Notes: a model not told the origin generated them from the sequence alone. A stretch of DNA of 54,123 bases from Octopus bimaculoides (GCF_001194135.2 NC_068982.1:187332759-187386881), one strand, 5' to 3'; numbered from the stretch's first letter, positions 1 to 12,528 are shown. Numbers and translations are program-made.

Positions 1-75
1 TATCTATCTATCTATCTATCTATATCTATTTATATATATATATGCACATATCTATATCCATATCTTCTATCTATC

Positions 76-106
<31 letters not shown>

Positions 107-360
107 GTATGTATTTAGTATGTAGTTGTTTGTTTAGCTATGCTATAATAAGGATGTTGATCTAAGCTAAATCAAGCTGCTATCATCATAAAGAACCGAA
201 GAACCACAATCAACCAAACCACAGCACACTCTACCACCGTCCCTCCAGTCATGCCCCACCCCCAAACGTTTAAAAATAGGATTCCTTAACGAAATCAAAT
301 ATCTACAATCTTAGCTTGGGTTTAGACACTTCTTTGTTTCTTTCTCCTCTCAGCACCACC

Positions 361-700
361 ACGACCATCATCAACATATTCATTATCATTTAACATCCGT
401 CTTCCATGATGGCATGGGTTAGACGCTGTGTGTCGGGATCTATTGTTTTCTTTGGCATGGTTTCTACAGCTATTAGTTCTTCCTAATAATGCCGACCACT
501 TTACAGAGTAGACGGGACACTTAGCATGTGACACCAGCTGCTGGTCAAGTTACCAACTAACCAACAAAACAAACAACCCCTCAACTGATGTGAGGGTGGG
601 AGGGCAGTATTAAGAGAGGCGGTTTTGTGCCAGCAGAGGGACAGGACCAAGTGTCTTGCTGTAGAGGAGATACAAGGTTACCCTAGGAAACAGGGGGCTT
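361..700 (-). mobile_element. Repeat D / RTE-LINE 3' UTR fragment, old copy
   Basis: Reverse-strand tail (catcat...tttaacatccgtcttccatgatggcatgggtt) followed by sequence similar to the LINE 3' UTR at 16.8-17.0 kb. Confidence 0.7.
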
Positions 701-914
701 CTTTCAGTTGGTCTACTGAATCCACACACAAGGCACAGGTTGGCTCAGGGCTATAGTAGAAGACACTCGCCTAAGTGTGGATTGCTATGTATAACAACAG
801 GACTGCATTAAACGTCTATGCCTGTGCTGTAACCTCGTCTGGAATTTGTGGTTCAGTTTTGGTAGAGAGGACGAAAGTGTCTTTTTTCTTAATGGCTCCA
901 AAGAGAAAATAATA

Positions 915-1364
915 TTAGGTTGGTGCATAATTATTGTGGATATTTTTACAATAAATTTCATTCAACAAAAACAATAACAACATTTAACAAAAACATCTCT
1001 GAATGATTATTCCAGAGCATAATCACCATCTACCTCAATTTCTTATTTTTCTATTGCCCACAGGGGGCTAAACATAGAAGGGACAAACAAGGACAGACAA
1101 ACGGATTAAGTCGATTATATCGACCCCAGTGCGTAACTGGTACTTATTTAATCAACCCTGAAAGGATGAAAGGCAAAGTCAACCTCGGCAGAATTTGAAC
1201 TCAGAACGTAACGGCAGACGAAATACCGTTAAGCATTTCGCCCAGTGCACTAACGTTTCTACCAGCTCGCCGCTTTTATATCTACCTCAATTTCTGCTTG
1301 CTTAAATTTTTTGTTGAATAAAATTTATTGAAACAAAAACCGCAATAATTATGCATCAACCTAA
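915..1364. mobile_element. Mariner-type MITE (MADE1/Hsmar1-like TIRs) interrupted by a SINE
   Basis: TIR TTAGGTTGGTGCATAATTATTG at 915 and its inverse ending at 1364; TA dinucleotides at 913-914 and 1365-1366. Confidence 0.85.
1044..1279 (-). mobile_element. SINE family B, full-length, with 16-bp TSD
   Basis: Reverse complement of the copy at 20209-20442; TSD ATCTACCTCAATTTCT at 1028-1043 and 1280-1295. Confidence 0.9.
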
Positions 1365-1618
1365 TAGAAAGAAGCTNNNNNNNNNNNNNNNNNNNNNNNN
1401 NNNNNNNNNNNNNNNNNNNNNNNNNNNNNNNNNNNNNNNNNNNNNNNNNNNNNNNNNNNNNNNNNNNNNNNNNNNNNNNNNNNNNNNNNNNNNNNNNNNN
1501 NNNNNNNNNNNNNNNNNNNNNNNNNNNNNNNNNNNNNNNNNNNNNNNNNNNNNNNNNNNNNNNNNNNNNNNNNNNNNNNNNNNGTTCATCATCATTTGAC
1601 ATTTTTTTTTTCCATGCT

Positions 1619-1890
1619 ATGTGTGTGTATATATATATGTGTGTGTGTATATATGTGTATGTGGGTGTATATGTGTATATGTGTGTGTATATGTATGTGT
1701 GTGTGTGTATATGTATGTGTGTGTGTATATGTGTGTGTATAAATGTGTGTGTATGTGTGTGTATATGTAGGTGTGTGTATATGTGTGTGTGTACCTCTAT
1801 ACGTATATGCACTTATGTGTGTGTGTATATATATGTGTGTGTATGTATATATATGTATGTATATATATATGTGTGTATATATGTGTGTGT
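1619..1890. repeat. Compound (TG/TA)n microsatellite; similar tracts at 3403-4010, 8010-8550, 21380-21605, 28120-28280 and 50030-50510
   Basis: Direct reading of dinucleotide tracts. Confidence 0.95.
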
Positions 1891-2110
1891 TGGACAGCTT
1901 GACAGAAGTTGGTAGGGCTGGGCATTGCTCCAGGCTACATTGTCCGATTTGGCACGGTTTCTTACAGCTGGGTGCCCTTCCTGATGCCAACCACTTTGCA
2001 GAGTGGACTGGGAGCTTTTTATGTGGTATCAGTACCAACAGGGTCATCAAGTATCTTGCAAGACAAAAACCACCTCACTGGGAGGAAGCAGGGTGTAGTA
2101 CTTAGCAGGG
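1890..2110 (-). mobile_element. Repeat D / RTE 3' UTR fragment
   Basis: Contains cagctgggtgcccttcctgatgccaaccac and gtatcttgcaagacaaa, matching the reverse of 16920-17040. Confidence 0.75.
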
Positions 2111-2135
2111 GTGCTTTGTGCCAGTTGATAGGACA

Positions 2136-2680
2136 TTAAATGTAAAGCACCACTGTGCTGGTAGCACATAAAGATGAACCATCTGAACGTGGTTGATACC
2201 AGGTCTGCCTGAGTGGTTTCCGTGCCAGTGGCACGTGAAAGACACCAACCAAACGTAGCCAATACCAGCACCCCCACACAGGCTCCTGTGCTGGTGGCAC
2301 GTAAAAAGCATCGACTGAACGTGGCCAATGCCAGTACCCCAACATTGGCTCCCATGTTGGTGGCACGTAAAAAGCACCATCTGAATGTGGTTGATGCCAG
2401 GTCCGCTGACTGGCTCCTGTGCCGGTAGCACGTAAAAAGCTCCAACCAAACGTAACCAATGCCAGTACCCCCTGACCAGCCCCTGTGCTGGTGGCACATA
2501 AAAAGCACCCCCACTACACTCACAGAGTGGTTGGCGTTAAGAAGGGCATCCAGCTGTAGAAACCTTGCCAGATCAGATTGGAGCCTGGTGCAGCCTTCTG
2601 GCTCTCCAGACCTCAGTCAAACCGTCCAACCCATGCCAGCATGGAAAACGGATGTTAAACGATGATGATGATGATGATGA
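2136..2680 (+). mobile_element. Repeat D with six ~66-bp internal tandem units and (GAT)n tail
   Basis: Unit motif GTGCTGGTGGCACGTAAAAAGCACC recurs about every 66 bp; ends ggatgttaaacgatgatgatg. Confidence 0.9.
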
Positions 2681-2739
2681 AGGACAGGCATTGGTGTCTT
2701 ACTGTGGAATAGATACATGGATACCCTCGNNNNNNNNNN

Positions 2740-3161
2740 GCATCGACTGAACGTGGCCAATGCCAGTACCCCAACATTGGCTCCCATGCTGGTGGCACGT
2801 AAAAAGCACCATCTGAATGTGGTTGATGCCAGGTCCGCTGACTGGCTCCTGTGCCGGTAGCACGTAAAAAGCTCCAACCAAACGTAACCAATGCCAGTAC
2901 CCCCTGACCAGCCCCTGTGCTGGTGGCACATAAAAAGCACCCCCACTACACTCACAGAGTGGTTGGCGTTAAGAAGGGCATCCAGCTGTAGAAACCTTGC
3001 CAGATCAGATTGGAGCCTGGTGCAGCCTTCTGGCTCTCCAGACCTCAGTCAAACCGTCCAACCCATGCCAGCATGGAAAACGGATGTTAAACGATGATGA
3101 TGATGATGATGAAGGACAGGCATTGGTGTCTTACTGTGGAATAGATACATGGATACCCTCG
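2740..3161 (+). other. Probable assembly duplication of 2308-2729
   Basis: 422-bp copy with one visible mismatch, placed directly across a 10-N gap. Confidence 0.8.
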
Positions 3162-3417
3162 GTTGGAATAGAAAGGAGTTTGAGTTAGAGATTAAGATAA
3201 AGGGAAAGGAGGAGTCAGAGATTAAAATAAATACAGCAAATAGTGAGAGAAGATGGTGAAGATGTGGTGGGAGAAAGCCTTGAGGGATGTTGGAGGTGGG
3301 GAGAAGAAGGGGTGAGTGGGAAAAACGATGGAGTAAAGTATGGGAGGGGCACAAGGGTGAGGGTTGTGGCTAGATATGCAAGGGCTTTCAGGGAGATATG
3401 TAGGTGTGTGTGTGTGT

Positions 3418-3534
<117 letters not shown>

Positions 3535-3614
3535 ACGTACATATATGATCTTTTTAATTAGTTGTATCTGCCTATCATAATCAGCAAATATGTTTAACAC
3601 CCCAACAAATATAT

Positions 3615-3659
<45 letters not shown>

Positions 3660-4544
3660 TATACACACACACATATATGTACACACACATATATATACAC
3701 ACACATATATATATATACACACACATATATACACACACATATATACACACATATATATATACATACATATATATACATACACACACACACATATATACAC
3801 ACACACATAAGTGCATATACGTATACAGGTACACACACACATATATACACACACATATACACACACCTAGATATACACACGCACATTTATACACACACAC
3901 ATACATATACACATATATACACACACATATATATATACATACACATAAGTGCATATACGTATACAGGTATACACACACACACACACACACTTGTATATAT
4001 TTATGTGTGTGTGTGTGTGGGAAGAGAATTGTGCTTTTATATGTGTGATTCTTTGTTGGTGTTTGTGTGCATGTATGTCCTATATGGGTCGCACACACAC
4101 ACACACACACCCTGACACACACACTATGTATGTCAGAGTGTGTGTGTGTGTGTGTGTGTGTCTTTGTGTGGATGTTATTTTGTTTCCAAACACCCCATGG
4201 TAGAATATTTACTTCTCCAGCGACAGATCTTTCAGCCATTGTTATGATTTAAGAAATGCTGCTCCCACCCGCTCCCAGACATTGACCTTAATAATATAAC
4301 TTCTAGAAAGCTCCTCGACAGATATATTTAGTAAAGAGACACACATACATCATCCCCGAGAGCCATCCAGTGGCGTTCTAACCAGCAGATAAACGGTGCT
4401 AACATACGGCAGCTGAATGTTTGTCAAGCAATAATACACTTCCAAGCTGTCTTTTGTTTATTATTCAGTTCCAAGTAGGACAAACAGATGTTTGGAACAT
4501 GTATTTCTGCCAGACTAAAACCTATCTAGCAATAATATAACTCA

Positions 4545-5145
4545 AGAAGGCGACAACCTAGCAGAATCATTAGCATGCCGGGTAAAATGCTGAGTGGTAT
4601 TTCATCTGTCTTTACATTCTGAGTTCAAGTTCCAGCAAAGTCAACTTTGCCTTTTATCCTTTTGGGGGTCAATAAAATAAGTACCAATTGAGGACTTGGG
4701 TTGATATAATCAACTTAACCCCTCTCCCAAAATTGCTGGCCTTGTGCCAAAATTTGAAACGAATATTTAGCATTAGGAAGGGCATCCAGCCATAGAAACT
4801 ATGGCAAATCAGACTGGAGTCTGGTGCAGCCCCTCTGCTTGCCAGCCCTGGTCAAACTGTCCAACCCATGCCAGCATGGACAACGGACACTAAATGATGA
4901 TGATTTGGTGTTTAATATAATTCAAGAATATGGTAAGCTAGCAGAATCAGAAGGGTGCTGGGTGAAATGCTTAGAAGCATTTCATCTGTTTTTACATTCT
5001 GAGTTCAAATTTCGCTGAGGTCGATTTTGCTTTTCATCCTTTCAGGGTTGATAAATTAACTAAGAGGTGAGCACTAGGGTCGATGTAATTGACTTACTCC
5101 CTCTCCTGAAATTGCTGGCCTTGTGCCAAGATTTGAAACCAATAA
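4545..5145 (+). mobile_element. SINE-B (4545-4765), repeat D tail (4770-4902), SINE-B (4930-5145)
   Basis: Family B motifs ctgagttcaaatt and tttcatcctttc; D tail aggaagggcatccagc...aaatgatgatga. Confidence 0.8.
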
Positions 5146-5309
5146 TATAACTCAAGGGGTTGACTTGAAAGAAATTGCAAGGGAATTTGGGCAGACAATG
5201 TTTTATGCTGTTTTGCATCACATTTGTGGGTTCACGTCAGTGAGGTAATGTGGGGGTTGGATTCCCTATGAAGTCACCAAATTAGCTGCCCATTTTCTTA
5301 AATATAACA

Positions 5310-5606
5310 TACGAGGGTGAGTCAAAAAGTAATGCCATTTTGTTTAGGACAGGTATAATTACCAACACAGGAACATGTATCATACATCAAAATGAAGCTG
5401 GTCCTCTGTGGATCACATCCCTACTTCTCAACATAGTCACCGTTTCTCTCAATAGCAATGTTCCACCTTCGAATGAGAGCATGTATCCCTGCCCCGTAAG
5501 ATTCTGTTGACTGTTCTTTGAACCACTTCTTCACTACAGTTTTCACTTCCTTGTCACTGGAATAATGTTTGCCTCTCAAACCTTCTCTCATGGGGCCAAA
5601 GAGATG
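5310..5606 (-). mobile_element. 3' end of a mariner transposon (C-terminal transposase plus one TIR)
   Basis: Minus-strand 5606-5421 reads HLFGPMREGLRGKHYSSDKEVKTVVKKWFKEQSTESYGAGIHALIRRWNIAIERNGDYVEK*, typical of a mariner C-terminus; terminus TACGAGGGTGAGTCAAAAAGTAATGCC. Confidence 0.85.
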
Positions 5607-5955
5607 TGGAGGCGCAGTGGCTCAGTGGTTAGAGCAGTGGACTTGTGGTCGTAGGATTGCGGTTTCGATTCCCAGACCGGGTGTTGTGAGTGTTTATTGA
5701 GCGAAAACACCTAAAGCAAACCCTGCTGTATTCTTTCACCACAACTTTCTCTCTCTCTTTTTTCTTGTTTCTGTTGTGTCTGTAATTCAAAGGGTCCACC
5801 CTTGTCACACTGTGTCACGCTGAATATCTCCGAGAATTACGTTATGGGTACACGTGTCTGTGGAGTGCTTGGCCACTTGCACGTTAATTTCACAAGCAGG
5901 CTGTTCCGTTGATCGGATCAACTGGAACCCTCATCGTCATAACCGACGGTGTGCC
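5607..5955 (+). mobile_element. SINE family C (tRNA-like head)
   Basis: A box TGGCTCAGTGG and B box GGTTTCGATTCC; body matches 53659-53985. Confidence 0.85.
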
Positions 5956-6484
5956 ACATATGTATGTATATTTGTGTATGTAAGGATATATAAGTATGTG
6001 TTTATGTGCATATATGTATATTAGTCTATGTATGTGTGTGTATCCCTTCAAGAACATAAGAATAGTCGTCTGGGGCTATAGTAGAGGACATTGTTCAAGG
6101 TTCCATGCAGTGGGAGTGAACCCAAAACCATGTAGTTTGCATGCAAACTTCTTAACTACACACATCCATGCATGCACCTGCATATCCACAGCTGCACGTC
6201 CGCATCTGCATCTACATGTGTAAAGCATTTCCACACCAGATTATTATCAAATGCAGAAAGGAATTTCAGCCATGACTTGATGTGTTTTCTTTTATCAGGA
6301 GAACATGACAAGCTGAGATCTCATGAAACATTGAGTGATAAGAAAAATGACTAAGGACTAAAGGTCTTAATCGACATTCAAGATTAATTTCATTTCCATC
6401 TGATATCATGTCCAATTATCATGTGACAATCGAGTGGAATCTCAGAAAACTAGTGAAGTTGTGTGTTGCTAAATTATAATAATA

Positions 6485-6516
<32 letters not shown>

Positions 6517-6519
6517 AAC

Positions 6520-6747
6520 GGTTTCAACTTCTGGCACAAGGCCAGCAATTTCAGGGAAGGGGATTAAATCGATCACATTGACCCTAGTATGCAACTGGTA
6601 CTTATTTTATCAACTCCAAAAGGATGAAAAGCAAAGTCAACCTTGGTAGAATTTGAATTTAGAGCATAAAAATGGATGAAACACCACTAGGCATTTTGTT
6701 CAGTGTGCTGACGATTCTGCCAGCTCACCACCTTAGACAACAACAAC

Positions 6748-6789
<42 letters not shown>

Positions 6790-6848
6790 TAACCTAAAGC
6801 ATCATCGAAAAAAATAATGCAAAGATCCTGTGTGATTTTATGATTCAG

Positions 6849-6885
<37 letters not shown>

Positions 6886-7100
6886 CCTTTCTAGTGGAAG
6901 CACAAGTCTTCAAATATGGGCGAAGGGATTAAGTTGATTACATCGACCCAGGTGAGTAACTGGCACTTATTTCATTGACCCTGAGAAGATGAAAGGCAAA
7001 GTCGACCTTGGTGGAATTTGAACTCAGAATGTAAAGACGGATGAAATGCTGCTAAGAATATTGCCCAACGTGCTAACGACTCTGCCAGCTCACCACGTTA
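6520..7100 (-). mobile_element. Two SINE-B copies (6520-6735, 6890-7100) among (GAT)n/(AAT)n tracts
   Basis: Reverse family B motifs aaaggatgaaaagcaaagtcaacc and gaatttgaactcagaa. Confidence 0.8.
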
Positions 7101-7105
7101 ATAAC

Positions 7106-7145
<40 letters not shown>

Positions 7146-7314
7146 TAAAGTGATGATATGTTGTCAACTTAATGTGGCAGTCTCATGAAAGGGAAGAATG
7201 CTCCTGCTATTTAGCCCTAGGAAACACCACCATTTCCTGTTGGCCATGATACATTTTCTGTGTCCTTATGTTTTCAAAGGGGGAGATAAGCACCTCCACC
7301 CAGCAAAGCCAGCA

Positions 7315-7357
7315 TCCAGAGACTAGTTTCAGAGTCATTGCCCATCATCAGTCCGGA
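7315..7357 (-). ncRNA. Type I hammerhead ribozyme motif (stem II decayed) at the tip of a longer hairpin
   Basis: Minus strand: UCCGGA-CUGAUGA-UGGGCAAUGACUCU-GAAAC-UA-GUC/UCUGGA; stem I has 6 bp; outer inverted repeats at 7268-7280 and 7392-7404. Confidence 0.6.
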
Positions 7358-7814
7358 GTAGCATGGCTTGCTAGCTGTCGATGCCTATCCACCTTTGAAA
7401 ACATATTTCTATTTTCGAAATAATAATATAAATAGTTCAAAAGAATGGAGTAATGCTTTTGTGCCATGAGGAAGAAGATACATCGTTTCTAGTGGACACC
7501 TGGTCAGTGTTGATATCACTGAAGAGGTCATTGTATGGTTTCATTAAAAGATTCTGGCTTTATAAGTTGTGGTTGCTATAGCATCGGTCAGTTCTACTTG
7601 AACATAATTATGGTAGACAAGATTAAAAAGATGTTGTCATTGCTGCTGGTGATTCTGTTGTTGTTGATATTCGTTAGCTCCAAGGAAAACTGTGATCAAG
7701 CACGGCCCATGGTAATAACAATCCTCTTGTTACAGTTGCCATGGAAACATAGTGAAACGATGTAGGATATGTTTCGACACACACACGCACACACACACAT
7801 ATGCACATGCACAC

Positions 7815-7975
7815 ACACACACAAAGGTCTTCTTTCAGTTTTGGTCGACCAAATCCACTTACGAGGGTTTGCTTGGCCTGGGGCTATAAAAGACACATGC
7901 CCAAAATGCCACACAAGCAGGACTGAATCCAGAACTATGCGGTTAGGAAGCAAACTTCTTACCACACAGTCATGA
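7815..7975 (-). mobile_element. SINE family A 5' half
   Basis: Reverse of the family A head (tctttcagttt...aaatccact...gctata...ggactgaatcc). Confidence 0.8.
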
Positions 7976-8015
7976 TCTATCAAGCTATCTATCTGTCTGT
8001 CTGTTTGTCTATCTA

Positions 8016-8061
<46 letters not shown>

Positions 8062-8395
8062 NNNNNNNNNNNNNNNNNNNNNNNNNNNNNNNNNNNNNNN
8101 NNNNNNNNNNNNNNNNNNNNNNNNNNNNNNNNNNNNNNNNNNNNNNNNNNNNNNNNNNNNNNNNNNNNNNNNNNNNNNNNNNNNNNNNNNNNNNNNNNNN
8201 NNNNNNNNNNNNNNNNNNNNNNNNNNNNNNNNNNNNNNNNNNNNNNNNNNNNNNNNNNNNNNNNNNNNNNNNNNNNNNNNNNNNNNNNNNNNNNNNNNNN
8301 NNNNNNNNNNNNNNNNNNNNNNNNNNNNNNNNNNNNNNNNNNNNNNNNNNNNNNNNNNNNNNNNNNNNNNNNNNNNNNNNNNNNNNNNNNNNNNN

Positions 8396-8454
<59 letters not shown>

Positions 8455-9552
8455 TACATACACACACACACACATACACACACATAGACAAATGGTTTTA
8501 TGTATGGACACAAACACACACACATGCACACACACACACACACACACAAGGTTACACGCAATGTGGTTTGTCTTTTCCTAAATTAGTGAGAAAAGGAAAA
8601 TAGAGTAGTTTGTAAGTTTTGCAGAGAAATAAATTGAGAAGGAAACGTTTTCAGTCAGGTGTCTGTCATATCAAAACAAAATTACACCTAAACAATAAAC
8701 TCAAACACACACACAGCACCTGCCCAGCCCTTCCTCCTTGGCTCAAGGTTAGGTACACAAATAAGGGTGTTTGAGCTAGTCGTTTGACCTGCAGGAAATA
8801 GCAGCTAAATCCCTATCAAACCAAACCTAAAAAATGAAGGAGAGACATATTGGATGTAGCAGTAGCAAATATACTGTCTCTGAAATTAAAACTGGATGGT
8901 CACAGTTGGAATGCCTTTGATCATAGGTTTACTTGATCAGAGCTAACCTGAAGTTAAACAGTACCAATTGGGGATCGGAAAATGAAACTGATAAATATTT
9001 GTTATCCTTTTAGAAAAAAAGTAGATATTCCAGGAAGGTAGTTTCTAGGTCCTCAGCACATGGATCATAGAATAAGGTAGATCTAATAAAAGGAGGTTAA
9101 GATGTTTACTTTGCAGTCACCAAGTCATGAGTTCAGTCCTACAACAATGCACCTTGGGTATTTTTTTACTATAGCTTTGGGTCAACCCAACATCTATGAG
9201 TGAACCTGAATAGATGGAAACTGCATAGAATCCCATCAAATTGACTGTACTTATAAGTCAAAATCCAGCCTTGATATACACTGTGTCATGTTGATTCCAG
9301 TTGCGGATTACATTAATAACATGGGAGAACAGGGTCTTTGTTGTCTGATGCTGGAGACATGTTCCCTACTAATTCTGGGATGCTGATTTCAAAGATGTAA
9401 TCCATTTTGCTCTATCACGTTAAGATTTTCCACAAACTTAGATGTCCATTTTTCAACATTTCTGGTATTGTCACCATTTCTAAGGATAGATTTGATTTCA
9501 TCAAATGCAAACCCATGTAGGGAGCATGACATAACTTTAAAAATATAGTTTT

Positions 9553-9872
9553 TCGTGCTGGTGGCACGTTAGAAAATCATTCAAGCGAGGTCATTGCCAG
9601 TGCCGCTGGACTGGCTCCCGTGCTGGTGGCACGTAAAAGACACCATTTCGAGCATGACCGTTGCCAGTACCGCCGGACTGGCCCTCGTGCTGGTGGCACG
9701 TAAAAGCACCCACTACACTCTCGGAGTGGTTGGCGTTAGGAAGGGCATCCAGCTGTAGAAACTCTGCCAGATCAGATTGGAGCCTGGTGTAGCCATCCGG
9801 TTCGCCAGTCCTTCAAATCGTCCAACCCATGCCAGCATGGAAAGCGGACGTTAAACGATGATGATGATGATG
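9553..9872 (+). mobile_element. Repeat D with three tandem units and (GAT)n tail
   Basis: cgtgctggtggcacgt units at ~9554, 9619 and 9686; tail aaagcggacgttaaacgatgatg. Confidence 0.9.
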
Positions 9873-11371
9873 AACATCATTTAAAGTAAATACAACTACG
9901 AAAGTGAAAACAAAAGTCATGATTTAAGTATCTTCAGTAAATGATAAGCATCAAACCTGAGCAACTTTCACTATTTTCAACTTAACCAGTTTCAAATGCC
10001 ATGATGATGATGGTTAAAACATCCTTTATACAATCAGTTGTTAAGAAACAACATATTTTGAGGTCCTCCGTACCATACATGTCTCATATTTGTGGAATTT
10101 ATTTGCAGATATGCACACGTTCTGCTTAATTTAGTGTGACTATCATTGCAAACTAGATGAGACATGTTTTGTTGAACTTTTAAACCGTTTCTTATGAAAA
10201 TTGGTATTTTGAATGTGCCCTTAACGTTTTAATTGTGAGGTCATATAGGTCAAAGTCACTTCTCGTCATGCATGGTCAAAGAATTACAAAAGGAACTTCA
10301 TGGTACGTATGTTTTGCTTTTGCTTTTGCTTACTTTGTAACTGTTCACTATTCTGAAAATGCTTTTCTCAAGGGACAACTGGCTTGAAATATGTTTCAGA
10401 AATATGACCAGTTGTGAGGGAAGAGAATGTAAAAACAGCCCCAATGACTTCTGCTTATTCCTGGATTAGGCAGTGAAATAAAATCACAGATTTTGTGAAG
10501 AAAGCTTACCTTAGAAATAATACATTTCTAAATCTCTCAGAGAGATTTATGCAGTAGTGATATGATGAAGTAGTTGTATGCTGTCAACTCAATGTGACAG
10601 TCCCCTGAAGGGAATAATACTACGGCTGGTTAGACCTAGGAAGCTGATTTCCTGTGTCCTTATGTTCATAAGGTGAAGTGCTTGTCTCCCCCTTATGATG
10701 ATGATGATGATGATTATGATGATGATAGATGATAATGAAAGTAAAAACAATGGCAGCAGCAACAGCAACGAATGCAACAGCAAGTGTAAGATGAGCAACA
10801 AGCAGACAACAGCAGCAGCTACAACAAAGAGCAACAAGAGCAGCAGCAGCTGCCACTGTTGCCACCACCACCACCACCACCACCACCACTACTACCACCA
10901 CCACCATCACCACCGCCACCACCNNNNNNNNNNCAGACAACAGCAGCAGCTACAACAAAGAGCAACAAGAGCAGCAGCAGCTGCCACTGTTGCCACCACC
11001 ACCACCACCACCACCATCTCGGTAACACTTAATCATGAGTTTGTATAATGCATGGAATTCCAATTAGTCAGGAAGCTGTTGCTGTCAGTTTCAATGATAA
11101 TTCTTTCTCCTGAATCTCCCAAGTTGTTCTCATTTGTTCCAGTTGACTCTCAGACTCCAGCAGACTGATTCCTTCGCTAAGATATCACCTCATTCCTTAT
11201 CACCAGACTTCATTGAATAATCTCCTTCAGACGATGTTTGTTGTTGTTGTTGTTGTTGTTGTTATCTAGCTTCAGTTCTACTTTAATCAAGCAGTCTTAT
11301 GACGAAAGGCATTCCCACCATGACCCTCCTGCTTGTTTTGTCTTTTGTTTTTGTTTTTCCGAAAGTATAGG

Positions 11372-12075
11372 CACAGACTTGGCTGTGGAGTAAGAAACTT
11401 GCTTCCCAACCACATGGTTCTGGTTTCAGTCCCACTGCATGGCATCTTGAGTAAGTGTCTCCTACTATAGCTTCTAGCTGACCAAAGCCTTGTGAGTGGA
11501 TTTGGTAGATGGAAACTGAAAGAAGCTTGTTGTGTATATATGTATGTGTATACACACACACATCATCATCATCATCGTCATCATTTAATTCTGTTGTCCA
11601 TGCTGGCATGGGTTGAACAGTTTGACCAGGGCTGTACCAGACTCTAGTCTGAATTGACATGGTTTTCTATGGCTGGATGCCCTTCCTAATGCCAACCCCT
11701 CTGAGAGTGTAATGGGTGTTTTTACGTGCCACCAGCATGGGTGCCATTTGCGTGACACCGGTATCTGCCACAATGTAGTTTTAATTGGTTTGATGGGTCT
11801 TCTTCTCAAGCACACAACATAATGCCAAATGGACTCGGTCCTTGCATCCACGAGGCCAACCATGTGTGTGTCTTTGTGTCTGTTTTTGATCTCCACCACT
11901 GCTCAACAACTGGTGTTGGTGTGTTTATGTTCCTGTAACTCAGAAAAAAAGAGACCGATGGAATAAATACCAGGCTTAAGAAGGATACTGGAATCAGTTC
12001 CCTTGACTAGAAATTCTTCAAGGTGGTGCCCCAGCATGACCACAGTCTAATGACTGAAACAGACTAAGAAGAAAC
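11372..12075 (+). mobile_element. SINE-A split by an antisense repeat D insertion (~11562-11850)
   Basis: A head at 11372-11560, reverse D starting catcatcatc...tttaattctgttgtccatgc, A 3' half at 11860-12075. Confidence 0.8.
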
Positions 12076-12139
12076 AGTATTGAATGTAGGGTTTGACATT
12101 TATATCTCTATTTCTATGTTTTGTTATGGAGTTAAGAGC

Positions 12140-12520
12140 TGTGTCCAACAACAACAAGCTTGGGCACCTTTTTGAATTCCATATGTTAAAAACCCATAGA
12201 CATGCTTACAAAAAAAAAAAACAACAACAACACAGCACCCATGACTTTCAGAAACATTTTTTCACATTCCGAATTGCTGAAGCATGGAATAAACTACTGG
12301 CATCTGTTGTTAGTTCTCGAGACACTACATCCTTCAAAACATGTTTTATGAAATTCACCAACACTACACCTGATGCCCCAACCACCTCCGTTGCTTCGTC
12401 TTCCTTTCTTAAGACTCATTCACTGTTCACTTCCTGTCCATTATTCCATGTACAGTTCATGCAGTTTTGGTTATTTTTTCTGATCATTTGTGGTGCACCT
12501 GAGCACTGTATAACAATAAG
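12140..12520 (+). pseudogene. 3' end of a CR1/L2-type LINE (ORF2 C-terminus plus 3' UTR)
   Basis: Translation HDFQKHFFTFRIAEAWNKLLASVVSSRDTTSFK matches the conserved CR1-group C-terminal pattern FF..R....WN.LP..VV.......FK. Confidence 0.75.
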
Positions 12521-12528
12521 TTCATTAA

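Noticed and set aside
2136-2512. CRISPR-like repeat-spacer appearance
   Set aside because: The intervening segments are homologous to each other, and the array is part of a dispersed eukaryotic retroelement.
2308-3161. 422-bp tandem duplication as a biological event
   Set aside because: Near-identical copies meet at a 10-N placeholder gap, typical of unmerged allelic contig ends.
6299-6354. Possible terminal exon GEHDKLRSHETLSDKKND*
   Set aside because: Only an acceptor-like site supports it; there is no linked upstream exon or homology.
9340-10230. DNA-transposon remnant around the repeat D insertion
   Set aside because: There are terminal-like motifs, but I could not identify paired TIRs or a TSD.
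10800-11017. Duplicated CAG/CAC-rich block and poly-Q/H/M ORFs
   Set aside because: The duplication straddles a 10-N gap, and the ORFs are trinucleotide-repeat translations.
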